A stretch of DNA of 64,000 nt. Source: Antedon mediterranea (Eukaryota; Animalia; Echinodermata). This document shows, piece by piece, positions 23,953 through 37,635 of the stretch. Where the stretch lies: assembly GCF_964355755.1 (NCBI RefSeq), contig NC_092675.1, positions 10,721,812 to 10,785,811 on the forward strand, given 5' to 3'. Numbering within the stretch: the first letter of the stretch is position 1; each line of letters begins with the position of its first letter. A program made the position numbers and the translations under genes. The notes below the pieces were generated by a model. That model did not search any database. It worked only from the letters and a program-made list of their open reading frames with translations, and was not told the DNA's origin.

Positions 23953-25602
23953 GAATTCGTACAAATTCATTGCTCTAAATTTGTGTAGAGTACCGTTCAG
24001 TACAGAGAGATCACGTGACTTCTTGGTACACGCGAGAGAAAACATTCCGCTGTGGGTGATTCGTGTCCACCAATCCAAAATAGCCAGAATCCAAAATCAT
24101 TCAACCGTGAGCTCTGCCGATCCCGGGAAAGCTCAGCTTTGATTGGCTTACGATGACATCATATCACAAAATGGTGGTTTTGTAGTTGAGCCTCACGTAA
24201 TTTTCACAAATATTGTTTCAAAAATGAAATAAATGAACCTTCTTTATGGTATGTGTGATTTTTCTTTAAAAGATTTGAATAATAAAGGCTTCATATCGAG
24301 AAAAAAACATTTTTTTGGCACTTATAATAAATATTTCTCAGAGAAAAAAGCACATGGCTTGTAGAACTATATTATCTTGGCGTAGGAAGACAAACAAATC
24401 CCAGGTCATGAGAGGCTCAACTACAAAAACTAGGTTGAATAGTATAGTGTAAGGACCGTTCGATGATTTTTTAGTAAACAATCTACCGCGTATGGTCGTA
24501 CGCGGTAGATAGTACGATATTTTAACTACATTTTTTACATGTTTGGTTGGATGTAATGGAAATAAAAAATAGTTGATCTGATGGAATGATATGTAAATAA
24601 ACAAATACTCAAAAGAATTATGTTTACAGTTCAATTATTTCAGAATAATAATACATAAAAATGTGTTTACCAATGGACAAATAATCGCGTCAATGACAGA
24701 GTGCGCATGGTAACGTACGCGGAGCAGGGGTGGCGCCAGGATCTTCCCGACGCGGGGGCTACATTCGCCGACGAGGGGGCTATGCGAGCGAAGCGAGCAT
24801 CACTAGGCTGGGAGCCAGGGGGGCCGCCAATGGCCCCCGGCGAGGCCCCTGGAAGCAACGCGTTCTAGCGTCATTTGAGGTCATTTTAATCAGATTTAGG
24901 GTAGCCATTTTTTCCATTTTTTATAATGCATAAATAAAATACTGCGTGCAAAAAAATTTCAATCCATATTTTTCAATTTAAAAAATAAAAGTTCAAAGAA
25001 AATTTAGAAAAATAGAGTTGGAGGTTCCGGAAATTGGACTTAATATACTTCAAAACATGAAACAAAATATATCATGGTTGTGACTGAGCTAAGAAATGTT
25101 TGAAAAATAGAGATGTTAGGTCCCGGAAAATGCACTTCTTGTACTTCGAAATATGACCAGCTTTATTGTTGGGGCTGAGCTAAGAAACTGTTTAAAACTA
25201 GAGCTGCAGGTCTTCAAAAAATTGCATTTTATACCTTGGAAACATCAGGCCTAGAGGCTTAAAAAACGCAAGCGTAGACCTTTTTCAGTCGGGGAAATAA
25301 GTTTATTCCTCCCAAGTGTATGCGTGCGTACTATCTGGACTTCCGAGTGGTGAGAAATTCATGACATACAGGACATTGAAAATGTAATAACTTAGCTATA
25401 ATAAGATGTTGGCATGGAGTAAAGAATGATGTTGGCTAAGCGAAAATGGCATGTTTTTTTGTTTAGTAATGGATGAAAAATTTATTTTAGGTGCCCCACG
25501 GTACAGAAGGTTACTTGTAAATTAAAAAATTGGTGAACATACGAACAATTAACATAATTTCGTTTTTGCTGTAGTGTAGCGTACGTCGACGCAGTACACG
25601 AC

Positions 25603-26247
25603 GTAACCGTCAGTAAACTTCGCCTGGAAAATAACTACAGTACACATTTTGGTCCCTGGATGGAACATGATATCACGCGTCTCGACCCCCAACGTTGAAC
25701 GATTCGTACAAAGGGATATCGCCAGACAAGTGCGAACCTAGCTATTGTTTAGTAGTAAGTTAGGTCGCTGGCAATAATGAATGCATATAAAGTGCATAAT
25801 ATCACTCTGACGTACTCTCACGGTCAATGAAACGTCGCGGTTTTCTAGGCGCTGAAGCTAGCTACGAAGTGAACGCGAACGCTTTTTACTGTATATTATA
25901 TTCCCCGACAAAAAGTACCCGTGTTCCCTTCGGTAACCGTCGGTAAACTTCGCCTGGAAAATAACTACATTACACATTTTGGTCCCTGTATGGAACTTGA
26001 TATCACGCGTCTCGACCCAACGTTGAACGATTCGTACAAAGGGATACCGCCAGACAAGTGCGTACCTAGCTAATGTTTAGTAAGTTAGATCGCTGGCAAT
26101 AAATGAATGCATAAAAGTGCATAATAGCCCTCTGACGTACTCTCACGGTCAATGGAACGTCGTGGTTTTCTAGGCGCTGAAGCATGAAGTGAACGCGAAC
26201 GTTTTTTACTGTATATTATATTCCCCGACAAAAAGTACCCGTGTTCC
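25603..26247. repeat. Tandem duplication, ~330-bp unit x2, inside a hAT-like element that starts at 24725
   Basis: GTAACCGTC.GTAAACTTCGCC... at 25603 and 25933, highly similar through to AAGTACCCGTGTTCCC. Confidence 0.9.
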
Positions 26248-26362
26248 CCGACGGAGGGGCTAGAGCCCGTGGACCCCCCCTCTGGATCCGTCCCAGGATC
26301 TCATAAGCAACCATCTTGTAATAGGATAGTAATTGTTGTTCACGATTGTTTTGGGGTCTAAC

Positions 26363-26457
26363 CTCAATTCCTTGGATACCATTTCCATCTTTGTACTGTC
26401 CTTAATGTGTGCAGACTTTTCAACATCAAATGCACCTTCAAGGTCACGAACTCGCAA
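26363..26457 (-). CDS. CCDC171: CCDC171 exon 9
   Basis: 95 nt; LRVRDLEGAFDVEKSAH matches 'LRIRDLEGALQVEKAS'. Confidence 0.93.
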
Positions 26458-28325
26458 CTAATGAATATAACATAATTATTATTAGCATTACTTATTGTTT
26501 TTTGTTTACTTATATGAAACAAATAATACATGAATTGCTAACAAATTTCGTAATCTTAATAACTGTTTATTTGACTCATGCCTAAACTATAAATCCTATC
26601 AGTATACAAATTTTGAGATTTGGACCCATAATTCTGAAATACAAGTAGAGTCACCAGGAAAAGTGGAAAAAAGGATTAAATCCTTATCTGTTTAATTTAT
26701 CTTGGTGAACAGGATAGTGTGATATAAACTCATTCTGCCTCAACACAAATTCAGTATATTCACTTCACATTATTAAGTTAATTGCTATAGTCTTGTATTT
26801 TTAAAGAATTATTATAGATTTTAATTTTGTGCAAAAAAATCCGTAAAGTAGTTCCAAAGTTAGGATAAAATATCTCATTTTCTGGAATATCCTTGTGGCT
26901 ATTCTAATTATTACACACACACCCCACTATACAATTGCGTGTTTGCTATTCCAAACTTGCTGGCTAGTCTAAAGATAAGTACAGTTGGTAGGTATTCTCA
27001 ATGTGTACAAATAAGTAATTGATAACTCCTTACTGTTGGAAGTTTATGGCTTCTTTTGATTAATACAATAAAGTAAAATTTTAAAATGAAAAACAAATTT
27101 TAAATGAATGCTTTTTGTAATTAGTTACCTAAAGTAACTTTATTAAACTTGCTAATGTTTAAGTTAGACAATAGAATAACCGAATCCAATAAACATAAAA
27201 GGAAATGAACTACAGACATATTGTTAATTTTCGACTCTTATAAAAAGTCGAAAGAACAATAGTCTATTGGGTGAAAAACCGTCATACAGGATATAATAGT
27301 ATGTGTAAAGAAAGGGTGAAACAACATTTGTTAACATGTTTAAGACAAGCTTGACCTAACCCAAAAATAATCAATTAAAATCATAAATAATCAACCTAGC
27401 TCTAAATAAACTGAACTTAAATACTAGTAATCTCTTCCATTCAGTAAAATCGTGTGTAACGACACACAATGTCAAATTAAACAGTGTAGTTTCAAAAAGA
27501 ATTAATTTTAATCTTATACTAATACTAAATTAGTTAGATCATTATAACGGAAATTTTTATTTTTAACTTATATTTTAATCGAAGAAAATGAATTTTTTTA
27601 AATGGCCAACATTTTAATACAAAGCAAAATTGAGGTATCAACAGGGATTTCTTGTCTGAAGTACATGTGTTTAGACACAAAGATCAAATACTGTGGAAAA
27701 AAATTTACAATATATTTAAAAAGCTAGAAAACAGCAGTAGCTCGTTCAAAGAACTCCTGTTAGGAAGTAAATGTCAATGAAAAAATCAATTGTATTCAAT
27801 AGCTGTGTACGTCATATACATAATTAAAATTAAAACTGAACTTAAAAAACCTGTATGCCAGAATCCCTGGATTCAGTTTAAATATATTTTAAAAGATATG
27901 AATACACTAGGCATGTTGTAACCTATAAGTGGCATCCATATTTGTATTTTAAAATGTACAGTATTATATCATGTACAAAATGAAATGTAGATTTTTATGG
28001 TTTTTGTATGCATATAATCAAAACACTATTGTTATAATATTATGTATCTGATGTCCTGTGGTTAGATAAAGGATGTTTCAGACTAGGTCTGCTTAATTTA
28101 TGAGCCAATCAGAATAGTATAATTTTGGTGGGAAACTTTTGGAGGCAACATTTGATCCTCCTCAGAAGCCCCTAATTTGAATGTCCGAGGGAATGATATT
28201 ATGTTCGAGGGAATATATATTTCCCGAAGTGCCAGCTGAGGGAAATATATAATTCCCGAGAACTTAATATCATTCCCGAGGGGATGTCTAATCTTATATT
28301 TTACCGATATAAAAGGCGATATCTG

Positions 28326-29029
28326 TTATATTACATAGCCAACAAAAAGTAGAATATCTGCTGGGCCTCCTTTTTGTATTGTATGTAAACAAGCTGCCCA
28401 GACACCTTACCTTTCGAAGAATAATATACAGATAATTACTAATTAATGGCAATAAAATATTCACTAGCCTAGGTCGTTTAAATAATAACAGAAGAATTTC
28501 TATCAATAAGCCCACATTAATAATAATAATATTATTATCAGGTAGGCCGAATAAATAATAATTCGTTTTCTTCGATCAAGCCGAATCACCGGATGTTCAG
28601 TGCGTCGCGAGCGTATCGGTTACTACTGTGAGTATTAACCAATCACAAACGGTCTTTCATCACATCTAGGGAGGACTAATAACAAATGAGGGCGCTATGT
28701 ATGCATAGTTTAAATAGTTTAGTTGAGTAATTTCTTCAAGCAAGTTCCGTGGCGCAGCGCATGTAGCGTTGTCTTGTGTGGAGACCCAGTAGATGACTTT
28801 TGTTTATTTATCGGCAAACGCGAGTGTTGCCACACGAAAATTACACAGTCAATATCATCGTACTCGAGAATTTATGATTAATGACAGGGACACGATAATT
28901 ACGCAAAAATTACTCAGTCAATATCATCGTTCTCGAGGATATATACGATTTACGATCCTCGCAGCGGTAGTCATGTGATGCAGTTTCAACCAATCACGTT
29001 CACGTATTTACATAGGCTATGTAATATAA
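28326..29029. mobile_element. Non-autonomous element with 15-bp inverted ends (possibly Crypton-type)
   Basis: TTATATTACATAGCC / GGCTATGTAATATAA; internal segment has an inverted relative at ~7400-7522. Confidence 0.55.
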
Positions 29030-29716
29030 GATGATAGTAGAAAGATGTATAAAGAAAGGTCTAGTCTGATAGAAAGTTGTATTAATTCTGAGTTACAAGA
29101 AATAAAAGTTTAGTTAAATACAGTATACTTTTTGTATGTGGAATCATTTTGGCAGTCAGTGTACGGTCTCGTGGATTTAATACGCCTGAGAAAGCATACG
29201 CTCGGAACAGACTATATAAAACCCACTACAACTATATGTATAAAGAGTAAAAAGCAGAAAATAACAAAAAAAGTAGAAAACGGAAATTTAATGTACGAAA
29301 ATGAAATGTGAACGAAATATGTATGAAATATTGAATGAATAAAGGTGGTGTTTAACCAAAAAAGAGAGAAAAAAAAAAAGATTGTGTATCTACTTTAAAA
29401 GTTTAGATCTGTTTTTATGCACATTTTATATAAAATTGGTGGCCATTTTGAAAAATTTTCAATACAAGGCAAAAAATTAAGTGTCAACAGGGCTTAGAGT
29501 GATCAGAAGGGATTAATTAGGATATCTGGCTATGTTGACAGCCTCTAAACATTCCCAACTACAAACTTGATTTCTAGGTATCTTTTCAGATTTTTTTCCT
29601 AGACTAGTTGGGATCTAATTAATAATGCAATAAAAGGGACAATTTCTGTCAAAAATGTTACATTTGCTGCATGTCAAAATAGGATGCTTATGAATCATTA
29701 CAAAAGCAAGGTTTAC

Positions 29717-29809
29717 CTGTACAATCTCAGAATTGAACTTTGATTCCAAATGTGCTGCCCTCTCCGTTTCAATACTTTCTTCCAACAACTTTACTTTTGA
29801 ATAAGCCTC
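29717..29809 (-). CDS. CCDC171: CCDC171 exon 8
   Basis: 93 nt; [23 protein letters not shown], near-identical to '[23 protein letters not shown]'. Confidence 0.96.
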
Positions 29810-29972
29810 CTGAAATTAACAAAACAGTAAGTTGCAAGTTTACATAAAAAAGAAGACAATCGCTACAGACTTCGGGCAAGTGTAGTCTATTAAGAACAAT
29901 TAGCAATTCACAAAACAAAAGCTTGCGCATATACGGTTGTTTTTTTCAATTTTAAACATTATACTAAGCTAA

Positions 29973-31086
29973 GGCGTCATCTACAAATTATTTCAGACCA
30001 CAGAGACGCGTCTGGAAATCCAGGTACACTTAATGACTGTTTTATCGTCGTCAGACGGCAGCCACCCTCTCGTAAAAAACATGCGAGAGGTTGCGGTCAG
30101 AGAGTATCGCGTTTCATGCCATGTGACCAAAAAGACTAGGTCTGTATTTATTACGGTCTTCTGTCGGCAGTCTTTTTGAGCGACCGACTGGAAACGTTCT
30201 GATACTATTAGAATGAATTGTTTACGATCTTTTTTTCTCGGCATTGTTCTGGATGGACTGGACGTTCGCTATATTATATTTATTAGTTGGCCTGTTCGTT
30301 GAGGTTCACCTGTGTTGGATCGTGTCTCTACGTTTACATCGTGGGAAATTTATATTTATATTCGCCGTTGAGTAGGTAAACACGCACGAAGGAAACGATT
30401 ACGATTAAAAAATATTATATATTTTACAACTTGGTCCTCTGCCAGTTAAATTTAACACATTAATTTCACACCTTCACTAAGAACATCGTAGGGTTGTTTT
30501 TAGGTTACAAAGTTCAGAACGTAGCTCATTGAAAGTTGTTTATTGAGGTTACGAAGCCAAACAATGGAACCTACGAAGCCAACAACGTAGCCTACGAAGC
30601 TACTTCGTAGGTAAAGTTGCAGTATTTTCTTTCTGAACTGTAGGTCAATAGTTTGAGTGATTCCATGTTCCAAAAGTTAACTTTAACGTTTTTGCATGTG
30701 GTAAATTCACTCTTTAGCACAAAAAAAATAAAATCGCAAAAATAAAAGGTCGCGAATAAATAGAAACAAAAATTTGCTCTTTACAGTATACTCTGTCGGC
30801 GGTAAAAGGGTATACCTGTACTGATTTGTTTGTCTTATTGCCTGTTGTAAATAATAATTTAATATCACGCTCTCAATGAATTCACTTGTATGTAGCGCGT
30901 TTAACACCAGTACACAGTATAACAATGTGCAGTCAGCCGTATATAGGGGCGGGGCCATAGTCGAACATGCATATTGGCATCTAGACGCAGCCAAATCAGA
31001 CGGGTTTTGAGACGCGTTTTTGGGTAAACAATAGAAAACGCATCTGGACGCTGATTTGTGGTCTGAAATAATTTGTAGATGACGCC
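29973..31086. mobile_element. PIF/Harbinger-like non-autonomous element
   Basis: Perfect 30-bp TIR GGCGTCATCTACAAATTATTTCAGACCACA; TAA TSD on both sides. Confidence 0.85.
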
Positions 31087-31182
31087 TAAAGGTGCTACTG
31101 CAGTATCACTGGGCAAAACATACGATGCACACAATTCATCTGCTATCTGCTTAACAATTGAATCTATGCAATAAAACTGTAC

Positions 31183-31318
31183 CTGTATTTCTTGCTTGAG
31201 TGTTTGTTCTCTTTCTGTCATATATTTTATGTCTTTAAGTTGGCATCTGACTGTTTCTGTTTGTATGTTCCTCTCCATTTCTAGCTGCTCAATCTTCTCT
31301 TGTGCATCTTCATAAATA
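31183..31318 (-). CDS. CCDC171: CCDC171 exon 7
   Basis: 136 nt, phase 2-0; EKIEQLEME...EREQTLKQEIQ. Confidence 0.88.
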
Positions 31319-31750
31319 CTGTAAAATAGTTGTATTAATTAATACAGATACTGATTTAACTGAAATTAGAATTATGTCAAATTCTTTAAATTGAAATTGG
31401 TAAAACCCAATTTAAGAAACAGGATTTTAAAAAAATTCAAGCTTAGTAATAACGAGCTAATACCGTACTTTAATTACTTTAACCAAAGATCGTGCAAGAA
31501 AATGACGAACCAAAAAAAATTGTTCCATACTGCAGAAGCTGTTTGCATACAAGAACTGGTTCACAAAATATCCCCTGTGTTTTAGAGGGATTAACACCTA
31601 TCTGATATGACAGTGATTCATTTACTATTGGTCATCCTTGGCCATATCGATGCCACAAAGTGACATTAATGTGGCTACAGACACTATGCGCATGAAATGG
31701 ATTTTGTGTTTTCAAGAAGTGACACTAATGTTTAGACTTAACATATTAGT

Positions 31751-32475
31751 AGGGATACCGAAAGCGGACTCCATTTTTATCACCACGATTAAAAAGCGAG
31801 CACATCACTATGCGCGCAATGTCATTGACGCAGTGTTTTATACATTGGTAAACTTTTTTTAGGCCATTATTCTGAAAATAAATTAATTATGAAAATATTC
31901 TTTTTAAGTGAATATTTATTTACCTATTATTCTATAAGATCAAGTAATTTTTATTATTATATTTAACTAAAAATGTAAATATAGTCGTTAAAAGATCGTT
32001 ATTGTCTAGCGCGTATAGCTTTTGTTTACTATGAAACCATCGAACGGCTCAAAGACCTACCATTTCATTTCATTTAGTTGAGCCTCTTATGACCTTAAAA
32101 TGATTTTTCTTCCTACACAAAGATAATATACTGTAGTTCCACATACACATGTTTGTTACTAAGAAAAATATTAATTTTAAAGGCTAAAAAAACAGTTTTA
32201 TTCTGATATGAGGCCTAGTAACAACCCACAATATACCAAATATCCGTTCAACGTAGGCTCAACTACAAAAATGCCATTTTGTGGTATGATTTTATTGTAA
32301 GCCAATCAAACCTCCGCTTTCGACCGCTCCGCAGGGCTCATGGTTGAACGATTTTGGATTCTCCCTATATTTCGAAAAACTATATATTTTCATAATTCTT
32401 TCTTTATTATAATATTGATACAGGCAATGTATTAATTTGAAAAATATTAACTTTTAATATTACATCATTATCCCT
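31751..32475. mobile_element. Decayed TIR element (AGGGATA ends)
   Basis: AGGGATA / TATCCCT ends; 32250-32360 is an inverted relative of 24085-24200; similar termini at 22572 and 63276. Confidence 0.45.
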
Positions 32476-32712
32476 AATATTAGTTCATTAATTAAACAAG
32501 ATTACAATAAATTACACCTTTTAATAGCTGAATTGTCTAGCTTTACAGGCATGTAAATAAAAAAATATAAATGAAAATTTCTTTAAGCTAAAATTATGTG
32601 TTTTATGAAGATCGCATGGTTATGTCAAAGCGGTTAGTGCCTCTTTGTGGTGTCGCTGACAATATGTGCCTTAAGACATAAAATAAAACAAAATAAATAA
32701 ATGAAAGTTTAC

Positions 32713-32801
32713 CCCTCTTGCTCTTGAAACACTTGGTCAAGCTGATCTTTTTCTGTTTTCATTACATCAAGCTGTGCTGTAAGGGTAGCTATTACTTTTT
32801 C
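32713..32801 (-). CDS. CCDC171: CCDC171 exon 6
   Basis: 89 nt, phase 0-2; EKVIATLTAQLDVMKTEKDQLDQVFQEQE. Confidence 0.85.
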
Positions 32802-33600
32802 CTGATTGAAACATAAATGTGATAAATACTGTAAGCATAGACCAAGTGAAATTGTAGCTTTAACCATCGTTTTCCTGTCTTATTGGTTCTAAAAGCTCTT
32901 GTTTTAAAGCTCAGGTACAGGCATGAATTTTAAATATAATATCTGGTTAATTGCACATAAATCAAATATTTGTAACAGAAATCAAGACGAAAAAAACATG
33001 AATTTCCCTTAATATGGTCAAATACAAAATTTGACAATATTCTGCCATAAAAACCAGGAAGACTTTTTTTCAGTAGTTAGGTAGTTAACCTAATGTAATA
33101 ACATGTCTGGTGACTCCCTAGAAGGTGAAAAAAGATGGTGGATATACGGTGGATAATTTTTGCTATAGCATGAAAACAAAAATCTGAAGTTGAATAAAAA
33201 TACCAAAAATGTAAAATTCAAGTTATATTACCTATATTTAGTCATCCGATAACATTTTTTACCACACCGTTTAGTTTTCATAGCTTTTTAAAATACCTCT
33301 CTATTTACACAATTTGTGTACAAAAGAATAGAGATTTTACTGTGTAATTTGAACTATCCCCCCACTGATAAGAAAGTGCTTATTTTCAACAACCTCGTGT
33401 AACATAAATAAAATTCCCAAAATTATGAAACATAGGGGAAACTATAGATCGATGATTATTGGAATGTATGATCAATAGAAATTTTTTGCCCGCACCTGGC
33501 CTTTAAAGCAATGAATAACAGGGATATTCAGTGTTGTTTCTCCAGTTGACAATATCTCCATGATGAAACAAAAGCCAGAAGACTGGCTCATACAGTTTAC

Positions 33601-33713
33601 CTTTTCCATTATGATGTCTTTGTACTTCTCTTCAGCACTTTCAAAGTTTGATGTTGATTTTTTCAATTTATTTTCAAGATCCTTAATGTAGTTTTGAAAA
33701 TCATGTATTTTTT
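33601..33713 (-). CDS. CCDC171: CCDC171 exon 5
   Basis: 113 nt, phase 1-0; KIHDFQNYIKDLENKL... Confidence 0.85.
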
Positions 33714-34892
33714 CTAAACAAAAAAGACAATTGCTGAAATTAGGTAATCTTTAATTCATTAATAAGGTGGGTGTAAATATATGGTAAAATCATGTCTGAT
33801 CTAAATATTTACAATAAAAAATCACAATTTCCCCACGGAAAAACCTTATCCGTGATGCTTAAAAATATCCACCACAACCAATCTAAAAATAGATTAATAA
33901 CAGGTACTTTCTAGAGTTGAGGAATGCATATTGCATGAGACTCGTGACATGACCACTATGACGATGCAAGCCAAGAAACAAAAGAATAAATAACGTTAAA
34001 ATAATGTTTTGTTGCTGAAATGTCTATTTTTCGATCTCTAGTTTTAAATAGATGTTGGCTGAATCGTCCATTCTTGTAAAATGTGTATTAAAAAATAAAT
34101 ATCATAATGATATTTTCAATATCACACTGAATTAATTGACTATCTGATCTAGATCATTGGAATTTTACTCTTTCGTCGGTAGCATACGCACATCATCAAA
34201 GGAGGCGTGATTGGTTTGCTAGGCACAATTAATTAATTTGCAAGCTGCTTTGATCTTATAATACATATTGCATTCTAGGCTACGATCGTTTTGGTGTTTG
34301 CTAGCGCGCTAAGAAGTGTCATTTTTGTCAACTAGGTGTCCTACTGATGAGTGTAGGCCTAGTTGTATTTCATCGGAGACTTACCCTGAATGAACGCAAA
34401 AAAATGTTTCTTATCGTGTATGTTTACCGACGGAAAAAGTAGGCTATATGATCGTTTTGCTATTTGCTATCACAATATGAAGTGTCATTTCCGGCAAACT
34501 AGAGGACGTGTCCTACTGATGAGTAGGCCTAGTTTTCTTTTTTCATCAGGGACTTCCCCCTGACGTTTGTGTATTGAATGCAAACAAAATGTTTCTTATC
34601 GTGTGTGTTTACCGGAGGAAAAAGTAGGCTATACAATCGTTCTGCTGTTGCTAGCACGCTATGAAGTGTCATTCAACATGAATTTTACGTGCGAGAGTAC
34701 CATTTCCAGCCATCTATGTTGTCAATTACCAAAAATAGCCTCGCAACATTGTTATGAAAAATCAATTTGCTAATGCAATTAATGAAATCCACAAGATTAT
34801 GCATAAACGAACATCCGTAATGAGTGTTAGTGTGTTAACCGCGGTCCACTTTGTGTTTAATGCATTACACAGAGTAATATAATTTAATAATA

Positions 34893-35290
34893 ATAATGTC
34901 ATTGCAGCTACACCTATGTATTACTATGTAGTATTTTTACCGAACCATAAAATTATGTTGATACAGTATTATGTATATTTGGTGTAAAAATAAAGAGCAA
35001 GTATATTAGCAGCATGGATCTAAGTTTTTGTTATGCATCTAGAATCATGACATATTTGTAATGACACTTGGACCATACTATTTGTGTAGCTTAGATGTCA
35101 TACAAGTACCGCGGCATGGATAGCAAAGACATGTGCAAGAAAGTCCTGCTGATCAGAACTTACTGAGCAGAAGGGCCGGTTTTTATATTCACACATTAGT
35201 AATTCTCTACAGACTTTGGATGCTTCAGGTAGTAACCAGACTGGCCTCAACATAGGACTACTGTAAATTACAGTTCAACCAAAACCTTCG
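34893..35290 (-). mobile_element. Academ-like transposase 3' fragment, inverted relative of 45130-45495
   Basis: Reverse complement aligns with the Cys-rich fragment and the downstream TACACCAAATATACAT...CAATGACATTAT. Confidence 0.6.
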
Positions 35291-35861
35291 AGTGAAGTCA
35301 AATAATCATTACACCAAATTCGCATACACATTATTGTAGTGACACAGCATTAAGACACAAAAAAAATAAATACTTTTCCGCTGAAATCTTATGTAGGAGA
35401 ATTTTACAGTACAGACACTCTCGGAGTGCCGTTCTAGTTATTAAGAGTTATTGTCTGTAAGAATTAAAGAAATATAAAAAATAGTGGCAGACTAAAAAAA
35501 ATGGATTTCTTTCAAATTTTGCACATGGTTATATATGTGTTGAGAGAAATCAAATATGAAGTATTTTTTATTTCACACATATATTTCCATGGCAACGAGC
35601 AAATTGGTGTTTTTGAATAATTTTTTCTTTTTTTAAGGTTTTTTAAAATTGATATTGGTATTACTTTGATGAACGATATTTTTGTTTTGTTGATTTAATT
35701 ATAAAAAATAATTAGTGCATAATAACAATGCATTGTGTACCGGTTTCATATTTTTTTAAAATTTTGATTTCATACTTTACCATTTATTTAAAAAGGGGTG
35801 TTTTTCAGTTTTTATTAATTGTTAAAAACAACTAAACTTTACTTCACCATAATGCCCAAAT

Positions 35862-37067
35862 CTGGGGCGGATCCAGGGGGGGGGGGGTCCACGGGGTCCG
35901 GACCCCCCCCTAAATTTTAAGGGTGCCCTTTTTTTAGAGGTTCAATATTTTATTCGTGTGACATATTTGTGTGTATATTAGTATGCACAGAGTAGGCTAC
36001 ACTAACCCCAAAAATAAAAGCAAAAATTTATCACAATGCGCGCGATGTTAAGTTACGGCGGCCGATCAAAGAGCATCGTGGTGGTGACGCGTAATGATCT
36101 CTACTTAAACTTCTAAAAATAGATCGTTTCACATACTACAGAGGGCGCATGTAAACTTCAAGATGCCTCGTAAGGAGAGAAAGGGAGAAAGCGCAAACAG
36201 CAAGATTTGGCAGAACAAGCCAAACATTGTGTCAAACTAGCTAGGTGGCTGGTTGTTACATACTAGTAATAATGATGATCAGCTAGATACCTCTGGACCA
36301 CCTATTTTTTTACCCGCCGTCGCTGAAGTCTGTAATAATGATCAGCAAGGCCTAGATACCTCAAGCTCTGGACCACCTACTTTTTTACCCGCCGCCGCCG
36401 ACGAGGTCTGTCTCCTCCTTTACCTCTCTAGGCCCCCCAGACGCACACTGGGTTAACAAATGTATTGTAAATAATGTTAAATGTTCGTGGTGGTAATACA
36501 CTACTTGAAAACTTATAAAGTTTTACCGTATACTTTACGACGGGTATTGTCTGAATTCTTAATTTTGTGTTTATCAAATTAGAAACGGAGAAACTGCTCA
36601 TTTAAATCAAATAAATTCAGTAATCAACATGAAAACAATGTCAAATGATAAAAGATTACATGCATCATCAATTGATAATAATAATGAATTATTATCATTT
36701 ATGACCATATCGGAAGTACGTTCATCTGGGACTTCCCCCGACGTTTGCATTGAACGCAACAAAAAAGATGTATCTATTGTTAGTCGCCGCATCTTAGGCT
36801 TAGGCTATGCTCACTTTGCTGTTTGCTAGCTAGCGCGCTAATAAAGTGTCATTTCCGGCGAACTAGAAAGGTGCCATTTATCATAGATTTTGCGTGCGAG
36901 AGTACCATTTCCGGCCATCTAAGTGTGTCCTGTAACAAAATTCGCTTCGCCACAACCCCCACCATGGGGGGGGGGGGGGGCTGTGGCTCAAATACTCAAT
37001 ATCTGATGTGCCCTTTTTATCGACGGACCCCCCCCCCCCCTCTCAAAAATGTCTGGATCCGCCCCAG
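35862..37067 (+). mobile_element. hAT-like deletion derivative
   Basis: Perfect TIR CTGGGGCGGATCCAG; flanks CAAAT/CAAAG; decayed basic N-terminal transposase-like start (ATGCCTCGTAAG..., ~36163). Confidence 0.75.
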
Positions 37068-37635
37068 CAAAGTGGTGTATTTTTTAAGCTGATTTATTAC
37101 AAATAGGTAGTTCTAATGTTTAATAAGTGATTTCTAAAATAAAATACTGGGGTTATTTAAAAATCTACAAGCAGTGTTGCCAGAAACATAGGCATTTTTG
37201 TTTAAAAAAACATGGTAAATTATTAAAAACATTTTATTTTCTTTGATTATCTGATTTTAAACCCATTGGTCAGAACAATTGTTAATGTTTTATATAAATC
37301 TAGTTGTGTTGTGTGAAAAAAAAACCAATATTTTTAATTATAGATTCTGTAATTTGCAGTTTTAATGTAATTTTATAGGTTATATCCTCTGGAAATTAAA
37401 TAATATAAATTATCAGATCGTTGTGAATTTTAATCTTTGCAACAGATTACTCCTCTCTTATTTTGAAGCTCCTCTTTAATTTTTGTTACTTCTTCTATTT
37501 GCTAACCTAAGCAGATCCCACATGCCCATCAACTACCACTTCCGACTCCCCACACAACACAACACAACACCCCCCCCCCCCCCCCCACTTTCAAAAGCAT
37601 GTTTGTTCTTCCTATCGAATTAGTGCATTTGGTAC

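Larger units (their letters stand above)
22359..26296. mobile_element. hAT-like element (CTGGGGCGGATCCAG ends) enclosing nested insertions
   Basis: TIR CTGGGGCGGATCCAG / CTGGATCCGTCCCAG; first ~210 bp are near-identical to the inverted right end of 35862-37067. Confidence 0.6.

Noticed and set aside
26965-29606. Academ-like element with TAGTCT/AGACTA ends
   Set aside because: Only 6-bp terminal matches, two candidate right ends and no convincing TSD; boundaries cannot be supported
34335-34535. CTGATGAG motifs as hammerhead or C/D snoRNA boxes
   Set aside because: No GAAA box at the required position; they sit in a small CCTACT/AGTAGG hairpin within a repeated hAT-related module
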